A stretch of 64,000 nt of DNA from a virus: positions 11,154 through 75,153 of the IMG/VR virus record IMGVR_UViG_3300031566_000016, one strand, 5' to 3'. Under the pieces are notes generated by a model, which saw nothing but the letters and a program-made list of their open reading frames with translations, was not told the DNA's origin and did no database searches. Shown piece after piece: positions 54,333 to 62,546 of this stretch; the first letter of the stretch is position 1; each line of letters opens with the position of its first letter. Both the position numbers and the translations under genes were made by a program.

Positions 54333-54953
54333 TCACTCCTCCTCGCCCTTCGCGGGCTTGCGCCCGATTGCCCCCGCTGCGTACCCCTGCTTCAGCAGCC
54401 GCAGGTGCCGCTTCTCGATGCCCTGCCACCGTCGCTGCTCTTTGTAAGCCCGTGCCCCCTCGTGGCGCGACGGCAGGAACACGCGGCGCATGAGGTCCCA
54501 GTCCTCGGCACCGCTGCTCTGGTGCAGGCCCATCGCCTGGAACACGTGGTTCGCGATCCCCAGTTGTGGGTCGTGCAGGCTGGTCGTGCCGAAACGCCTG
54601 CGGGCCTGGTCGCGGGGGTACAGCAACTCCGTGCAGTCCCCAATCCCCCGCGCCGTCATGCCGCCTCCACTGCAGGTCATGGCCGGTTTGAGGTCGCTTC
54701 CGCTCGTGCAGTACACCAGCGAATACCACCACTGGTCAGCGATGCCCTGTAGTTCGTGCTCCCGGCAGAAGAAGTCCGTGAGGTTGCGGCTGTAGCTGTC
54801 GGCGTTGATACGCTGCCACAGGTAGGCGGCTTTCTCCCGCCTCGCCTCGTTCGGCCCGGCGTGGGCGACGGTCGCGGCCAGCGCCAACAGCAGCACCGGC
54901 ACCGTCCAGCAGCCCGGCAGCCCGAAAAAGCCCTCTCGCTTGCCCTGTCTCAT
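54333..54953 (-). CDS. Signal-peptide protein with degenerate lytic-transglycosylase-like fold
   Basis: LLLALAATVAHA signal; SGSDLKP...ARGIGD...LHDPQLGI. Confidence 0.45.
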   Translation of the reverse strand: MRQGKREGFFGLPGCWTVPVLLLALAATVAHAGPNEARREKAAYLWQRINADSYSRNLTDFFCREHELQGIADQWWYSLVYCTSGSDLKPAMTCSGGGMTARGIGDCTELLYPRDQARRRFGTTSLHDPQLGIANHVFQAMGLHQSSGAEDWDLMRRVFLPSRHEGARAYKEQRRWQGIEKRHLRLLKQGYAAGAIGRKPAKGEEE

Positions 54954-55213
54954 CGCGGCACCTCCGGCTTCAATGTCTTCGCTGCGAGCTTGCCCAATCG
55001 CACCACTCTGGTGAGGTAGCACCGGCCGCACAGGTCGAGTGACTTGCGCGTCCCACCGCGCATGAATGCCCGTCCAAAGACCAGGTTCGCATACTCCACC
55101 GGCGGCCCCATCGCAACACCCGTTGAGGTGCCGACTTCCCACTGCATTTGGAAGTTGTGGTCTGGTGCGGGGCCTCCGCAGTCATCGCATGTGACGGTCA
55201 CTTTCCGGCTCAT
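54950..55213 (-). CDS. Small zinc-finger protein
   Basis: TCDDCG...DLCGRC. Confidence 0.65.
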   Translation of the reverse strand: MSRKVTVTCDDCGGPAPDHNFQMQWEVGTSTGVAMGPPVEYANLVFGRAFMRGGTRKSLDLCGRCYLTRVVRLGKLAAKTLKPEVPR

Positions 55214-55758
55214 GGCGCCATCCCGGGCTTCTGCGCCTTCTCCTCGGCCCCTCCAGCATCATCCTCCAGATCCAGCGTCCCCACATCCCGCGGCGCCTTC
55301 GTTCCCTTCACGGCCGCCTCGATCACCTGTAGGCTCTTATTGAACGGGCCCCGCCGGCGGTAGACAGCAGCGTAGAACTCCGGCGCGTCACCGGGCGACT
55401 TCCCGGGCTTGCCATTGCGCATCTCGCACTTGGCGAGCAACCAGTCCACCGACCCGATCTTTTCCTCGTCGTTCATCCGCTCCCAGGCGTTGCCGTTGAT
55501 GATGACCCTGAAGTGCCAGTGTTCGACCTCCAGGTCCACCTTGTTCGCGACCTCGATGCGGCCCCACTTCATCCAGTCCTGCACACGCGGCTCGATCACC
55601 CTTTCCGTGTCCACGGCCTCTCGGGTCTCGACCCCGAACCAGAAGCGCGCCTCCTTCAGCAGGCCATGGAACTCGGGAATCAGCTCCTCGGCGATGGCCT
55701 TGATCTCGTCGGACTTGTACACCTGCGTCCTGACTTTGGACTTCCTTGCTCTCGGCAT
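55210..55758 (-). CDS. Phage putative-metallopeptidase-like protein lacking HExxH
   Basis: IAEELIPEFH.LLKEAR...FRVIINGNAWERM...SVDWLLAKC. Confidence 0.55.
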   Translation of the reverse strand: MPRARKSKVRTQVYKSDEIKAIAEELIPEFHGLLKEARFWFGVETREAVDTERVIEPRVQDWMKWGRIEVANKVDLEVEHWHFRVIINGNAWERMNDEEKIGSVDWLLAKCEMRNGKPGKSPGDAPEFYAAVYRRRGPFNKSLQVIEAAVKGTKAPRDVGTLDLEDDAGGAEEKAQKPGMAP

Positions 55759-55796
55759 GATCGTCCTCCTTCTCCATCGATTTATCTCGCGCTGGC

Positions 55797-56021
55797 TCAA
55801 GCCAGCACCGCCCCCAATGCCTCGTCCTTGAGTCGCGTCTCCATCTGGTGCATTACTACAACCCAACAATCAATTTGCCTTCCCGCCTCATCCATGTGCG
55901 ACGCACAATCAGGCGGGCACTCCATCGGGCACTCCATCGGGCACACCGTCACTGCCCACTCGGCGGGACACATCATCAGCATCATGTCGCGGCGTTCCTC
56001 GGGCGTCCATGCCTTGCTCAT
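55797..56021 (-). CDS. Met/Cys-rich small protein
   Basis: CPMECPMECPPDC; ATGA overlap with helicase stop. Confidence 0.55.
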   Translation of the reverse strand: MSKAWTPEERRDMMLMMCPAEWAVTVCPMECPMECPPDCASHMDEAGRQIDCWVVVMHQMETRLKDEALGAVLA

Positions 56022-57946
56022 TCGTTGTACCACTGGTCGCACTGCTCGGGTTCGTCGCTGGAGTGAATATCCCGTTCCACCAACCTACCCGTCTCGCGAT
56101 CTCCCACCAACACCAACGTCTTGTGCGCCGGCCGCCAGCGGCTCTTGTCGCAGATTACGCGCATGATGTTCGACTGGACTGCCGCCTCGCGCTTCATGGC
56201 CTTATCGCCACGGGTGATGATGTGTACTATGTCGGCCATCTGCCTGAGCTTGTCACTTCCATAGGGCTTCACTTCTCCGTCGCGAGTGGTGACTTGGCTC
56301 AAAAGCATGTGGGGTACATGCAGTTCCGTTGCCAGCGCGTCAATTCGTTCACCCACGAGATCAATGACCTTGAACTTGTCCGTACATCCCCGCACCGGAA
56401 TGTGCTGCGCGTGATCCACGATGGATCCGACCACATTGTACTTATGGCACGCCTCTCGCGTGATGCGTTCGATGTCGGAAATGTCTAATCGCTTCCGCGT
56501 CTCAAGCGTGATGGGAAGAGCGTAGAACTCTGAGTAGACGGACGCCATGATCGCTTCCCACTCTGGCGTCATATACTGCTCACTCCCAGGTTCACGTAGC
56601 CGCTCGGGGATGCCTCTGAAGCCCATGTACGAGGAGAGCAAGCCCATGTCTGTATCTTCGAGTAGGAACGCCACAACGTGCTCATCGGTACCGTGCTGAA
56701 GCGCGTGCAAGGCAGTGGCAAACATAGCCATCCGACAAAACGTGGTCTTGCCGTACCCACTCGGACCAGCCACCAATACCACCGCGTGTTGACCATAGCC
56801 CAGGTAGTGCTCGTCAAGTTGCGCGAAGCCGCTACGAAGACCCCGTACCACACGATCACGCGCCCGGTAGTCTTCCATCTTCCCGGCGATGTCGGGCCCG
56901 ATCTCTCCCAGCGTCTTTGCCGCAGAAGGGAGAGCACCGCGTACTGTCCCCGCCAGCGTGTTCACGGCCCCGGCGATCTGCTGCTCGTAGATGGCCAGAC
57001 CATTCGGGTCATCGTCTGGACGAGCCGGAGGCTCGGGCTGGGTTTCCGTCCCTGTCGCCTGTGCTCGTTCCTGCCGTTGCGGACGTTCGGGTGCTGTCCT
57101 CGGAGTCTCCTTGCCGCTACTGAGACCACTCTCAAGTGTCGTCTGGACGGCACGAAGTCCGTCGTCTTTCACCAACCCGTTTGCATGGCAAGCACCCAAC
57201 AGCGCCTGCCGTACCTCGTGCTCATCCAGAACACCTCCGCTCACCAGTTGCCCCAGATTGTATGCGGCACGGTTGAGTTGATCGTTCCGCCCTCCCTGCA
57301 TGGCCGATGACAAGTCGGAGAGTTCCCGGCCCAAGGCGGACTTGCCGTACTCGCGCCGGCGTTCTTCCGCTGTCTTTGGAGCCACGGGTCCTGCAGGTCC
57401 GCGCGGAGTCACAACGGGATCGGTTCCACGCATCAACTCGATGCCCCACTCCGGCAGCGGAGCGATCTCGACCTCTCCAAGCGCCAGGCCGTCCAGCCAC
57501 TCGTACTCCAGTCCTATCGGGTGAACGCTGGGCGGAAGCACCGTGTAGTGCTCGCCCGCACGGACCTCGGGCCATGGGATTCCCTCTTTGCCTGAGAAAT
57601 GCTTCAGTCCAGCCGGCGCCAGGAAGTATCTGTGAAATCCGCTGGCGGTGCCGACGGTTGGGGTGGGAGGGACGCCTTGATCCCGTACCCACTTCTCCTG
57701 CTCGGTCGAGTCCGTGTCCACGCAGACAAGCTGGAGGCCCATTCCCACATCACACCCGGAGTAGACGACTGCCACGCCCATGTCCCCGTGCAGTTCGCTC
57801 CACCACACCCGCCATTGATCCAGGTCAGCCCGGGCGACGGCGTACTCGTCCCACGACGGGATGGCCGGCTGCTTCGTGCCCGGCTTGATCGGGATGATGG
57901 ACCAGCCCATAGCGACGTAGAACTTGATGGATTCGCGGACGGTCAT
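56018..57946 (-). CDS. Bifunctional primase-polymerase fused to DnaB-like SF4 helicase
   Basis: WSIIPI..GTKQP, VDTD, TASGFHRYF, VLPPSVH; GGRNDQLNRAAY; Walker A GPSGYGKTT, IVDHAQ, LLSQ, ADIV. Confidence 0.9.
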   Translation of the reverse strand: MTVRESIKFYVAMGWSIIPIKPGTKQPAIPSWDEYAVARADLDQWRVWWSELHGDMGVAVVYSGCDVGMGLQLVCVDTDSTEQEKWVRDQGVPPTPTVGTASGFHRYFLAPAGLKHFSGKEGIPWPEVRAGEHYTVLPPSVHPIGLEYEWLDGLALGEVEIAPLPEWGIELMRGTDPVVTPRGPAGPVAPKTAEERRREYGKSALGRELSDLSSAMQGGRNDQLNRAAYNLGQLVSGGVLDEHEVRQALLGACHANGLVKDDGLRAVQTTLESGLSSGKETPRTAPERPQRQERAQATGTETQPEPPARPDDDPNGLAIYEQQIAGAVNTLAGTVRGALPSAAKTLGEIGPDIAGKMEDYRARDRVVRGLRSGFAQLDEHYLGYGQHAVVLVAGPSGYGKTTFCRMAMFATALHALQHGTDEHVVAFLLEDTDMGLLSSYMGFRGIPERLREPGSEQYMTPEWEAIMASVYSEFYALPITLETRKRLDISDIERITREACHKYNVVGSIVDHAQHIPVRGCTDKFKVIDLVGERIDALATELHVPHMLLSQVTTRDGEVKPYGSDKLRQMADIVHIITRGDKAMKREAAVQSNIMRVICDKSRWRPAHKTLVLVGDRETGRLVERDIHSSDEPEQCDQWYNE

Positions 57947-59220
57947 ATCAGCGCCTTCAGATCTGGCAGCGGGGGCATCGGTGGCATGACGTATCCCGGT
58001 TCTCCGCGCTTTGGCTTCGGCGGTACGTTCTGTTCCTCCAACCACTCGGCGTACCGTGGGTTGTCGGGATGGTGGTCGCTGTCGTAGGCGATGCCGCGCT
58101 CCTCATCCCATCCGCTCGTCCCTGGCTTCGGGCCCTTCTCGGATCGAGCCAGGGCTACGCCGAACTTCTGCTCCTCGGTCCAGTTGCGCTCCTGGTCCAC
58201 GGAGCCGTCGGGGTTGGTGACAATGCCGGTCCCCCGGCCGCGCTTCTGTCCGGGGGCAACACCGTTCTTCCTGCTGGCCGCGAAGGCAGCACTCCAGTCA
58301 TCTGCGGTCAGCGCCTTGCGCACCATGGATGGAATCACTCGCTCCGGTCGTGCCTCTGGGGCAAGGGCGCCATGGGGTGCCTGTGCCGCCCAGGCGGACA
58401 CCTGCTCGGCGCCTCCCTCAAAGTCCCCCATGATCTTGTTCATGGCTTTGTAGTACGCGCCCTTCTGCGGGCCAGTCAGGTCCTCGTGTCTCAGCCCCCA
58501 CACGGACAAGCAGGCGTTGCTTGCCACCTGGGCCGGGGTTTCTTCTTTGGGTGGCTTGGGCGGTGCCGGCGGCGGATCGTCAAAGAGGCCTTCCCCATGG
58601 TCCGCGGCGTCAGACGCGGGAATCCTTTGACGTTCTGTCTTTGACTCTGCCTCTGTCTTGGATGCTCCTACGATCATCGCAGGACTATCGCCCGATGATC
58701 GCCCGACCGTCGCCCGATAGTCGGCCAAGTGTCGGGCGAAGTCTTCGTCAGAAATGCCGTATCTTCCGGGGCTTATACGGCTCTTTCTGGTGCCCTGACC
58801 ATCGGTCGCGTCCGCTATAAAAGCGAGTAGGCTGGCCGGAGGAACCCAGTCATCGGGGTGAGGGTATTCAGGAAGGCCGACGTTGCGCCATTCGGTAGCG
58901 TCTATCTCGTTGTAGCCCACTATCTCCATAAAAGTGTCCGCGCCGACCGTGTAAAAGCGCACCAGCGGTTCACCATCCGACGACCACACGGATGCCATGT
59001 CGGCCAATGCCTCAGTCACCGCGGCGATGCTGACGCCACGAGACATGGGGCAGGTCACTCCAGCGAACTTGACAGGAGTGCCTGGGAGCCGCCCGAAGTG
59101 ATCGCAGACCGCCTTGGCGTTCATGTAGAGGGCATAGGCCAATGGGTTGAGATCCAGCAGTGCGGCCATGCGCTCCGAGTACACCACGTCGGACTTCAAC
59201 TTTGTCCAGTGCTTTGCCAT
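57943..59220 (-). CDS. Replication initiator-like protein
   Basis: N-terminal ALY...CDHFGRL wHTH pattern; KTEAESKTE linker; upstream of primase-helicase. Confidence 0.7.
   Translation of the reverse strand: MAKHWTKLKSDVVYSERMAALLDLNPLAYALYMNAKAVCDHFGRLPGTPVKFAGVTCPMSRGVSIAAVTEALADMASVWSSDGEPLVRFYTVGADTFMEIVGYNEIDATEWRNVGLPEYPHPDDWVPPASLLAFIADATDGQGTRKSRISPGRYGISDEDFARHLADYRATVGRSSGDSPAMIVGASKTEAESKTERQRIPASDAADHGEGLFDDPPPAPPKPPKEETPAQVASNACLSVWGLRHEDLTGPQKGAYYKAMNKIMGDFEGGAEQVSAWAAQAPHGALAPEARPERVIPSMVRKALTADDWSAAFAASRKNGVAPGQKRGRGTGIVTNPDGSVDQERNWTEEQKFGVALARSEKGPKPGTSGWDEERGIAYDSDHHPDNPRYAEWLEEQNVPPKPKRGEPGYVMPPMPPLPDLKALI
58677..58739. repeat. 11-bp-period iteron-like array inside initiator gene (candidate ori)
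   Basis: TCGCAGGA, TCGCCCGA x3, TCGGCCAA, TCGGGCGA at 58677, 58688, 58699, 58710, 58721, 58732. Confidence 0.65.
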
Positions 59221-59723
59221 CAGACCGTCACGCCCAGTAGCCCAGATAGGTGGGGGGCCACGTCGGACTCGCGCCCCTTGATCGCACGGTGGCAAGCAGA
59301 GCAGAGCGTGATGCCGTTGGTTATATCGTCGCGAAGTTCAGGTCTTGCGTGGCGAGGTTGGATGTGGTGGGCGCAGAGGTTGTGTCGCGAACCACACGAC
59401 AAGCAGAGACCATCCCTGGATACAACATTCTCCGACCACGAAGGCCGATAGCCTGGAGATGGTTTTTTGGTGGAGAAGTCTGGTGCACAGACCAGACAGT
59501 CATCGTCTGACCACTCCCACACGTTGTTGAGGACAAAGCCAGTCCCATTGAACGAAACCATGTGACGGCGCATAAGTGCCAACACGCCCCTGCGGCACAT
59601 GCTGCGTCCGCGTCTCCAGCCAAACTCGGCAACGATCTCATCGTAACAGGTTGCGCGTCCTGCAAAGCGCAGGAATCCGAAGACGATCTGCGCGGCGAAG
59701 GGGAGTCCGTGCCAACTACGCAT
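59220..59723 (-). CDS. HNH endonuclease with N-terminal wHTH-like domain
   Basis: RDGLCLSCG...AHHI...NGITLCSACH. Confidence 0.88.
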   Translation of the reverse strand: MRSWHGLPFAAQIVFGFLRFAGRATCYDEIVAEFGWRRGRSMCRRGVLALMRRHMVSFNGTGFVLNNVWEWSDDDCLVCAPDFSTKKPSPGYRPSWSENVVSRDGLCLSCGSRHNLCAHHIQPRHARPELRDDITNGITLCSACHRAIKGRESDVAPHLSGLLGVTV

Positions 59724-59739
59724 CAGTCCACCTCTCGAG

Positions 59740-59905
59740 AAAAGCAAGCCAGCCGCCGGCCGCCCCGAAGGGAGACCGACGGCTGGTTACGAAGAAGCCC
59801 TGCCGTAGATGCCACCATAATCCGGCCAAGGAGAGGTGACGGCAGGGCTGACTTCTGAGGGGTGTAGTTCATGGATGGCATCTTTGCCGTGCTCCTTGGC
59901 CTTGG
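59740..59905 (-). ncRNA. Candidate switchable leader RNA with terminator-like hairpin
   Basis: Three interleaved 10-13 bp inverted-repeat pairs plus GC hairpin 59749-59786. Confidence 0.45.
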
Positions 59906-59913
59906 GCAAGACG

Positions 59914-59942
59914 ATTCTACCGTGCGTCTGCGGCTACGTCAA
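59914..59942 (-). promoter_or_regulatory. Sigma70-like promoter of replication operon
   Basis: TTGACG-17 bp-TAGAAT. Confidence 0.7.
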
Positions 59943-59983
59943 GGGGGTTGTGGCAGGTGCGGCAGGTGGACTCAGTCATGGTC

Positions 59984-60205
59984 TCACTCCACCAGCCTCC
60001 CTCTCTCTAGCAGCTCCGCCAGCGCCGCCCCCTCCCGCTCCGCCGCATAGCACTCCACCGATACCGCCACCAGCCACTCGTCCTCCACCGGCGCGGCGGG
60101 CGCAGCCTCGCCATACGGCCACCGCCGCAGCCGGCGGGAGGCGGCCATGTCGCGGATGATGACCACGAGGCAGGCGAGGAACGGGGCGGCGAGGTAGGCG
60201 GTCAC
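59984..60205 (-). CDS. Small protein with N-terminal hydrophobic segment
   Basis: GTGA overlap. Confidence 0.45.
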   Translation of the reverse strand: MTAYLAAPFLACLVVIIRDMAASRRLRRWPYGEAAPAAPVEDEWLVAVSVECYAAEREGAALAELLERGRLVE

Positions 60206-60402
60206 TCGGCCACCACCACCGACGCGGGCACCGGGTTCGTCGGCACCCGCCCGTACCAGCCCCGCCGCCCCTCGTCCACCGCCGCCTGCCACCGGGCCTG
60301 CTGCTCCCGCAGGCGTGCACGGCGCTCATCACAGCGGGCCAGCTCTGCTTCCCGCGTGGTGGCGGGGATGTAGTTCGGATTGGGTTCAAGTCGCTTGCCC
60401 AT
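60202..60402 (-). CDS. Hypothetical protein
   Basis: AGGAGG RBS. Confidence 0.55.
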   Translation of the reverse strand: MGKRLEPNPNYIPATTREAELARCDERRARLREQQARWQAAVDEGRRGWYGRVPTNPVPASVVVAE

Positions 60403-60505
60403 GGTTCGCCTCCTGTTCGTTGTAGCCGTCTCTCCCGCCCGAGTAAGGGGGGTGCCCCACATGGGCTGCGGAAACGCCTGTACGTGCCCCCATGGCACCC
60501 CGTGT

Positions 60506-60931
60506 CTACTCCTGTCGCAGGCTCTCGAAGAACGCCACTATCTCCGCGCCCCACGCCCTCGCCTTGTCACGAGCTGTCTGCTTGGCCTTTCCGATCAGCC
60601 GGTCGGCCCCTCGGGCCAGGAACACGCCATCGTGCTGATCGTCCACGCCCTTCGGCGGCGCCGGCAGGGTCTCGTCGCAGTGGTGCCACGAGTTCTCGAT
60701 CCAAACCTTCGTACTTCCCCCGTCCTTCGTCTTCCGAGTTGTGAAATGGCCATCCGCACGGGCCTCCTCACCGAAGACCGGGCAGGCGAAGCAGCGCCCT
60801 AGCCCTGCCTCAACACACAATGGATCGGCGCGCTCGGTCTCGCCCTTCTCGGCGACCTCACCGTAGCGCCGGAGCAGCGCGACCAGAAACGGCTGTAGCG
60901 CGGTTTTTTGGTTGGAGTTGAGGTGTCGCAT
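60506..60931 (-). CDS. Cys-containing hypothetical protein
   Basis: AGGAG RBS; C...CFAC...C. Confidence 0.55.
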   Translation of the reverse strand: MRHLNSNQKTALQPFLVALLRRYGEVAEKGETERADPLCVEAGLGRCFACPVFGEEARADGHFTTRKTKDGGSTKVWIENSWHHCDETLPAPPKGVDDQHDGVFLARGADRLIGKAKQTARDKARAWGAEIVAFFESLRQE

Positions 60932-60983
60932 TACTTTCTCCTGGGAATGGCTGTGGTCGCGCCTACGGCGTGTGGGTGGCACA

Positions 60984-61313
60984 TCACGTTGCGTCGTCGC
61001 CATCCAGCACGTACCTCTGAGGGAGCTCGTAGAAAACGGCGCGTGCGTCATCTGCGAGTCGGGTCGCCTTGGCTCGCAAATCACAGGCGATGCGATCCAG
61101 TGCCCGCGCATGAAGACAGTCTTCGACAACCTGCTCATCAGACCGCAGGATCGTTCGACATTTTGCCGCTTCCAGGATCGCCTCGTCTACCCGCTGTTTG
61201 GCTTCCACGGCTTCGACCTCGGCCTTCTCTGCGGCTTGGCGCAATGCGAGCCATATTTCGCAGACCGACACCGCCTCGCGATGCGCCTCCACTTCTTCTG
61301 GATGACCTGCCAT
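60984..61313 (-). CDS. Coiled-coil hypothetical protein
   Basis: AGGAGG RBS. Confidence 0.6.
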   Translation of the reverse strand: MAGHPEEVEAHREAVSVCEIWLALRQAAEKAEVEAVEAKQRVDEAILEAAKCRTILRSDEQVVEDCLHARALDRIACDLRAKATRLADDARAVFYELPQRYVLDGDDAT

Positions 61314-61325
61314 ATTATGCGCCTC

Positions 61326-61961
61326 CTATCTCGGCTCTTCCCACCACGCCGGCTTCTGCAGGATGCTCAGGTGCTCCACCACCAGCATCACACCCGAACT
61401 CCCCGACGGCAGCTCGTAGCTCTGCATCCGGGCCGCACATGACACTACCATGCCCTCCCGCAACCGCTCCTTCCAGTGCTTCGACCACCACTCCCCGAAG
61501 ATCCGCACCTGCACCTCGGCCTTCTCGCGCTTGTCCACCCCCTGCGGCGTCCAACATGACAGCACCACATCGAGGCATTGTGCTTGTCTCTTCGAGCCGA
61601 TCTTCTCCACCTCGCCGACCTCGACTACCTCGCCAGCGTAGAACCCGAGGTTTGCCGAAATCGCCAGTTGCATCTTCTGGACCATCAGGTTCGTCACGCG
61701 GTACTCGCCGCGAACCTTACCCTCGCGCTTTCGAGAAAGGGCGACACCGCTCACTGAAACGGTGTCGCCCTCCGCGAAGTCACGCCGGTACTCCTCCACC
61801 AAGTCGCCATTGACCAGCAGCACGATCCGGTTGACGCGCGCCACCGTCTTGTGGGTCGAGGGCACATCGAGATCAATGAGCATCCATGGCTTGCCCCACT
61901 TGGTGACCTGCGGCTCGCCCATGCGGCCGATGGTGCCGACGAGTATCCAGCGGTTCTGCAT
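61326..61961 (-). CDS. Tandem OB-fold SSB/PriB-like protein
   Basis: NRWILVGTI...EGDTVSVSG and GFYAGEV...EGMVVSCAARMQSY. Confidence 0.65.
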   Translation of the reverse strand: MQNRWILVGTIGRMGEPQVTKWGKPWMLIDLDVPSTHKTVARVNRIVLLVNGDLVEEYRRDFAEGDTVSVSGVALSRKREGKVRGEYRVTNLMVQKMQLAISANLGFYAGEVVEVGEVEKIGSKRQAQCLDVVLSCWTPQGVDKREKAEVQVRIFGEWWSKHWKERLREGMVVSCAARMQSYELPSGSSGVMLVVEHLSILQKPAWWEEPR

Positions 61962-61965
61962 GGCA

Positions 61966-62148
61966 CTACCAGCTCCCGCTCCTGCTCCAGCTCCTGCTCC
62001 CGCTCCTGCTCCAGCTCCAGCTCCCGCTCCTGCTCCCGCTCCTGCTCCCGCTCCAGCTCCAGCTCCAGCTCCCGCTCCTGCTCCCGCTCCAGCTCCCGCT
62101 CCTGCTCCCGCTTTTGTCGTATCCCGTCCGCATCACGGCCGCGTTCAC
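61966..62148 (-). CDS. Ser-(Gly/Arg/Trp) dipeptide repeat protein
   Basis: GTGA overlap with upstream gene; 12-aa leader + 24 dipeptides. Confidence 0.55.
   Translation of the reverse strand: MNAAVMRTGYDKSGSRSGSWSGSRSGSWSWSWSGSRSGSRSGSWSWSRSGSRSWSRSGSW
61969..62112. repeat. Hexanucleotide tandem repeat, 24 x AGC(G/A/T)GG on minus strand
   Basis: Direct reading. Confidence 0.95.
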
Positions 62149-62507
62149 TTCTGCACCCGCGGCAGCGGCGCCGGCAGTTCCAGCGCATCAATGACCGCGC
62201 CGCGTCCGATGATGACGCGGCCCTCAGGGAACGGCTCGACCTCGCCGAAGTCGCCGCTGACCAGAACATCGCTGAACCGCCCGGTGTCGGCGATCCACGC
62301 TGCGTCCTCCAGCACCAACTCCTGCGGCGTCACGGCCACCAACCGTCCGGTGTCAATCATCGTGACCGTGCGGACCAGGTAGTTCTTGCCGACCTCCCAG
62401 GCGCTGTTGTCGCGGTCCGTCCTCAGGTCACGTGGCATGGGAAGCGCGCCGAACAGCCCGCGCAGTTCCATCAGGTCCGCCACCGTCAGATCTTCAAACT
62501 TGCCCAT
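62145..62507 (-). CDS. Sm-like/DUF6948-like phage protein
   Basis: YLVRTVT...GRL...LVLEDAAWIADTGRF. Confidence 0.6.
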   Translation of the reverse strand: MGKFEDLTVADLMELRGLFGALPMPRDLRTDRDNSAWEVGKNYLVRTVTMIDTGRLVAVTPQELVLEDAAWIADTGRFSDVLVSGDFGEVEPFPEGRVIIGRGAVIDALELPAPLPRVQK

Positions 62508-62546
62508 CGTTGCTCATCTCCTTTTCTGTTGTGAACGCGCTGTTCC

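Noticed and set aside
61751-62534. PAPAPA, SRSCSS and EREQERELEL ORFs over the hexamer repeat
   Set aside because: Alternative frames of the same repeat; only the Ser-X frame has a coupled start and fits between neighbours
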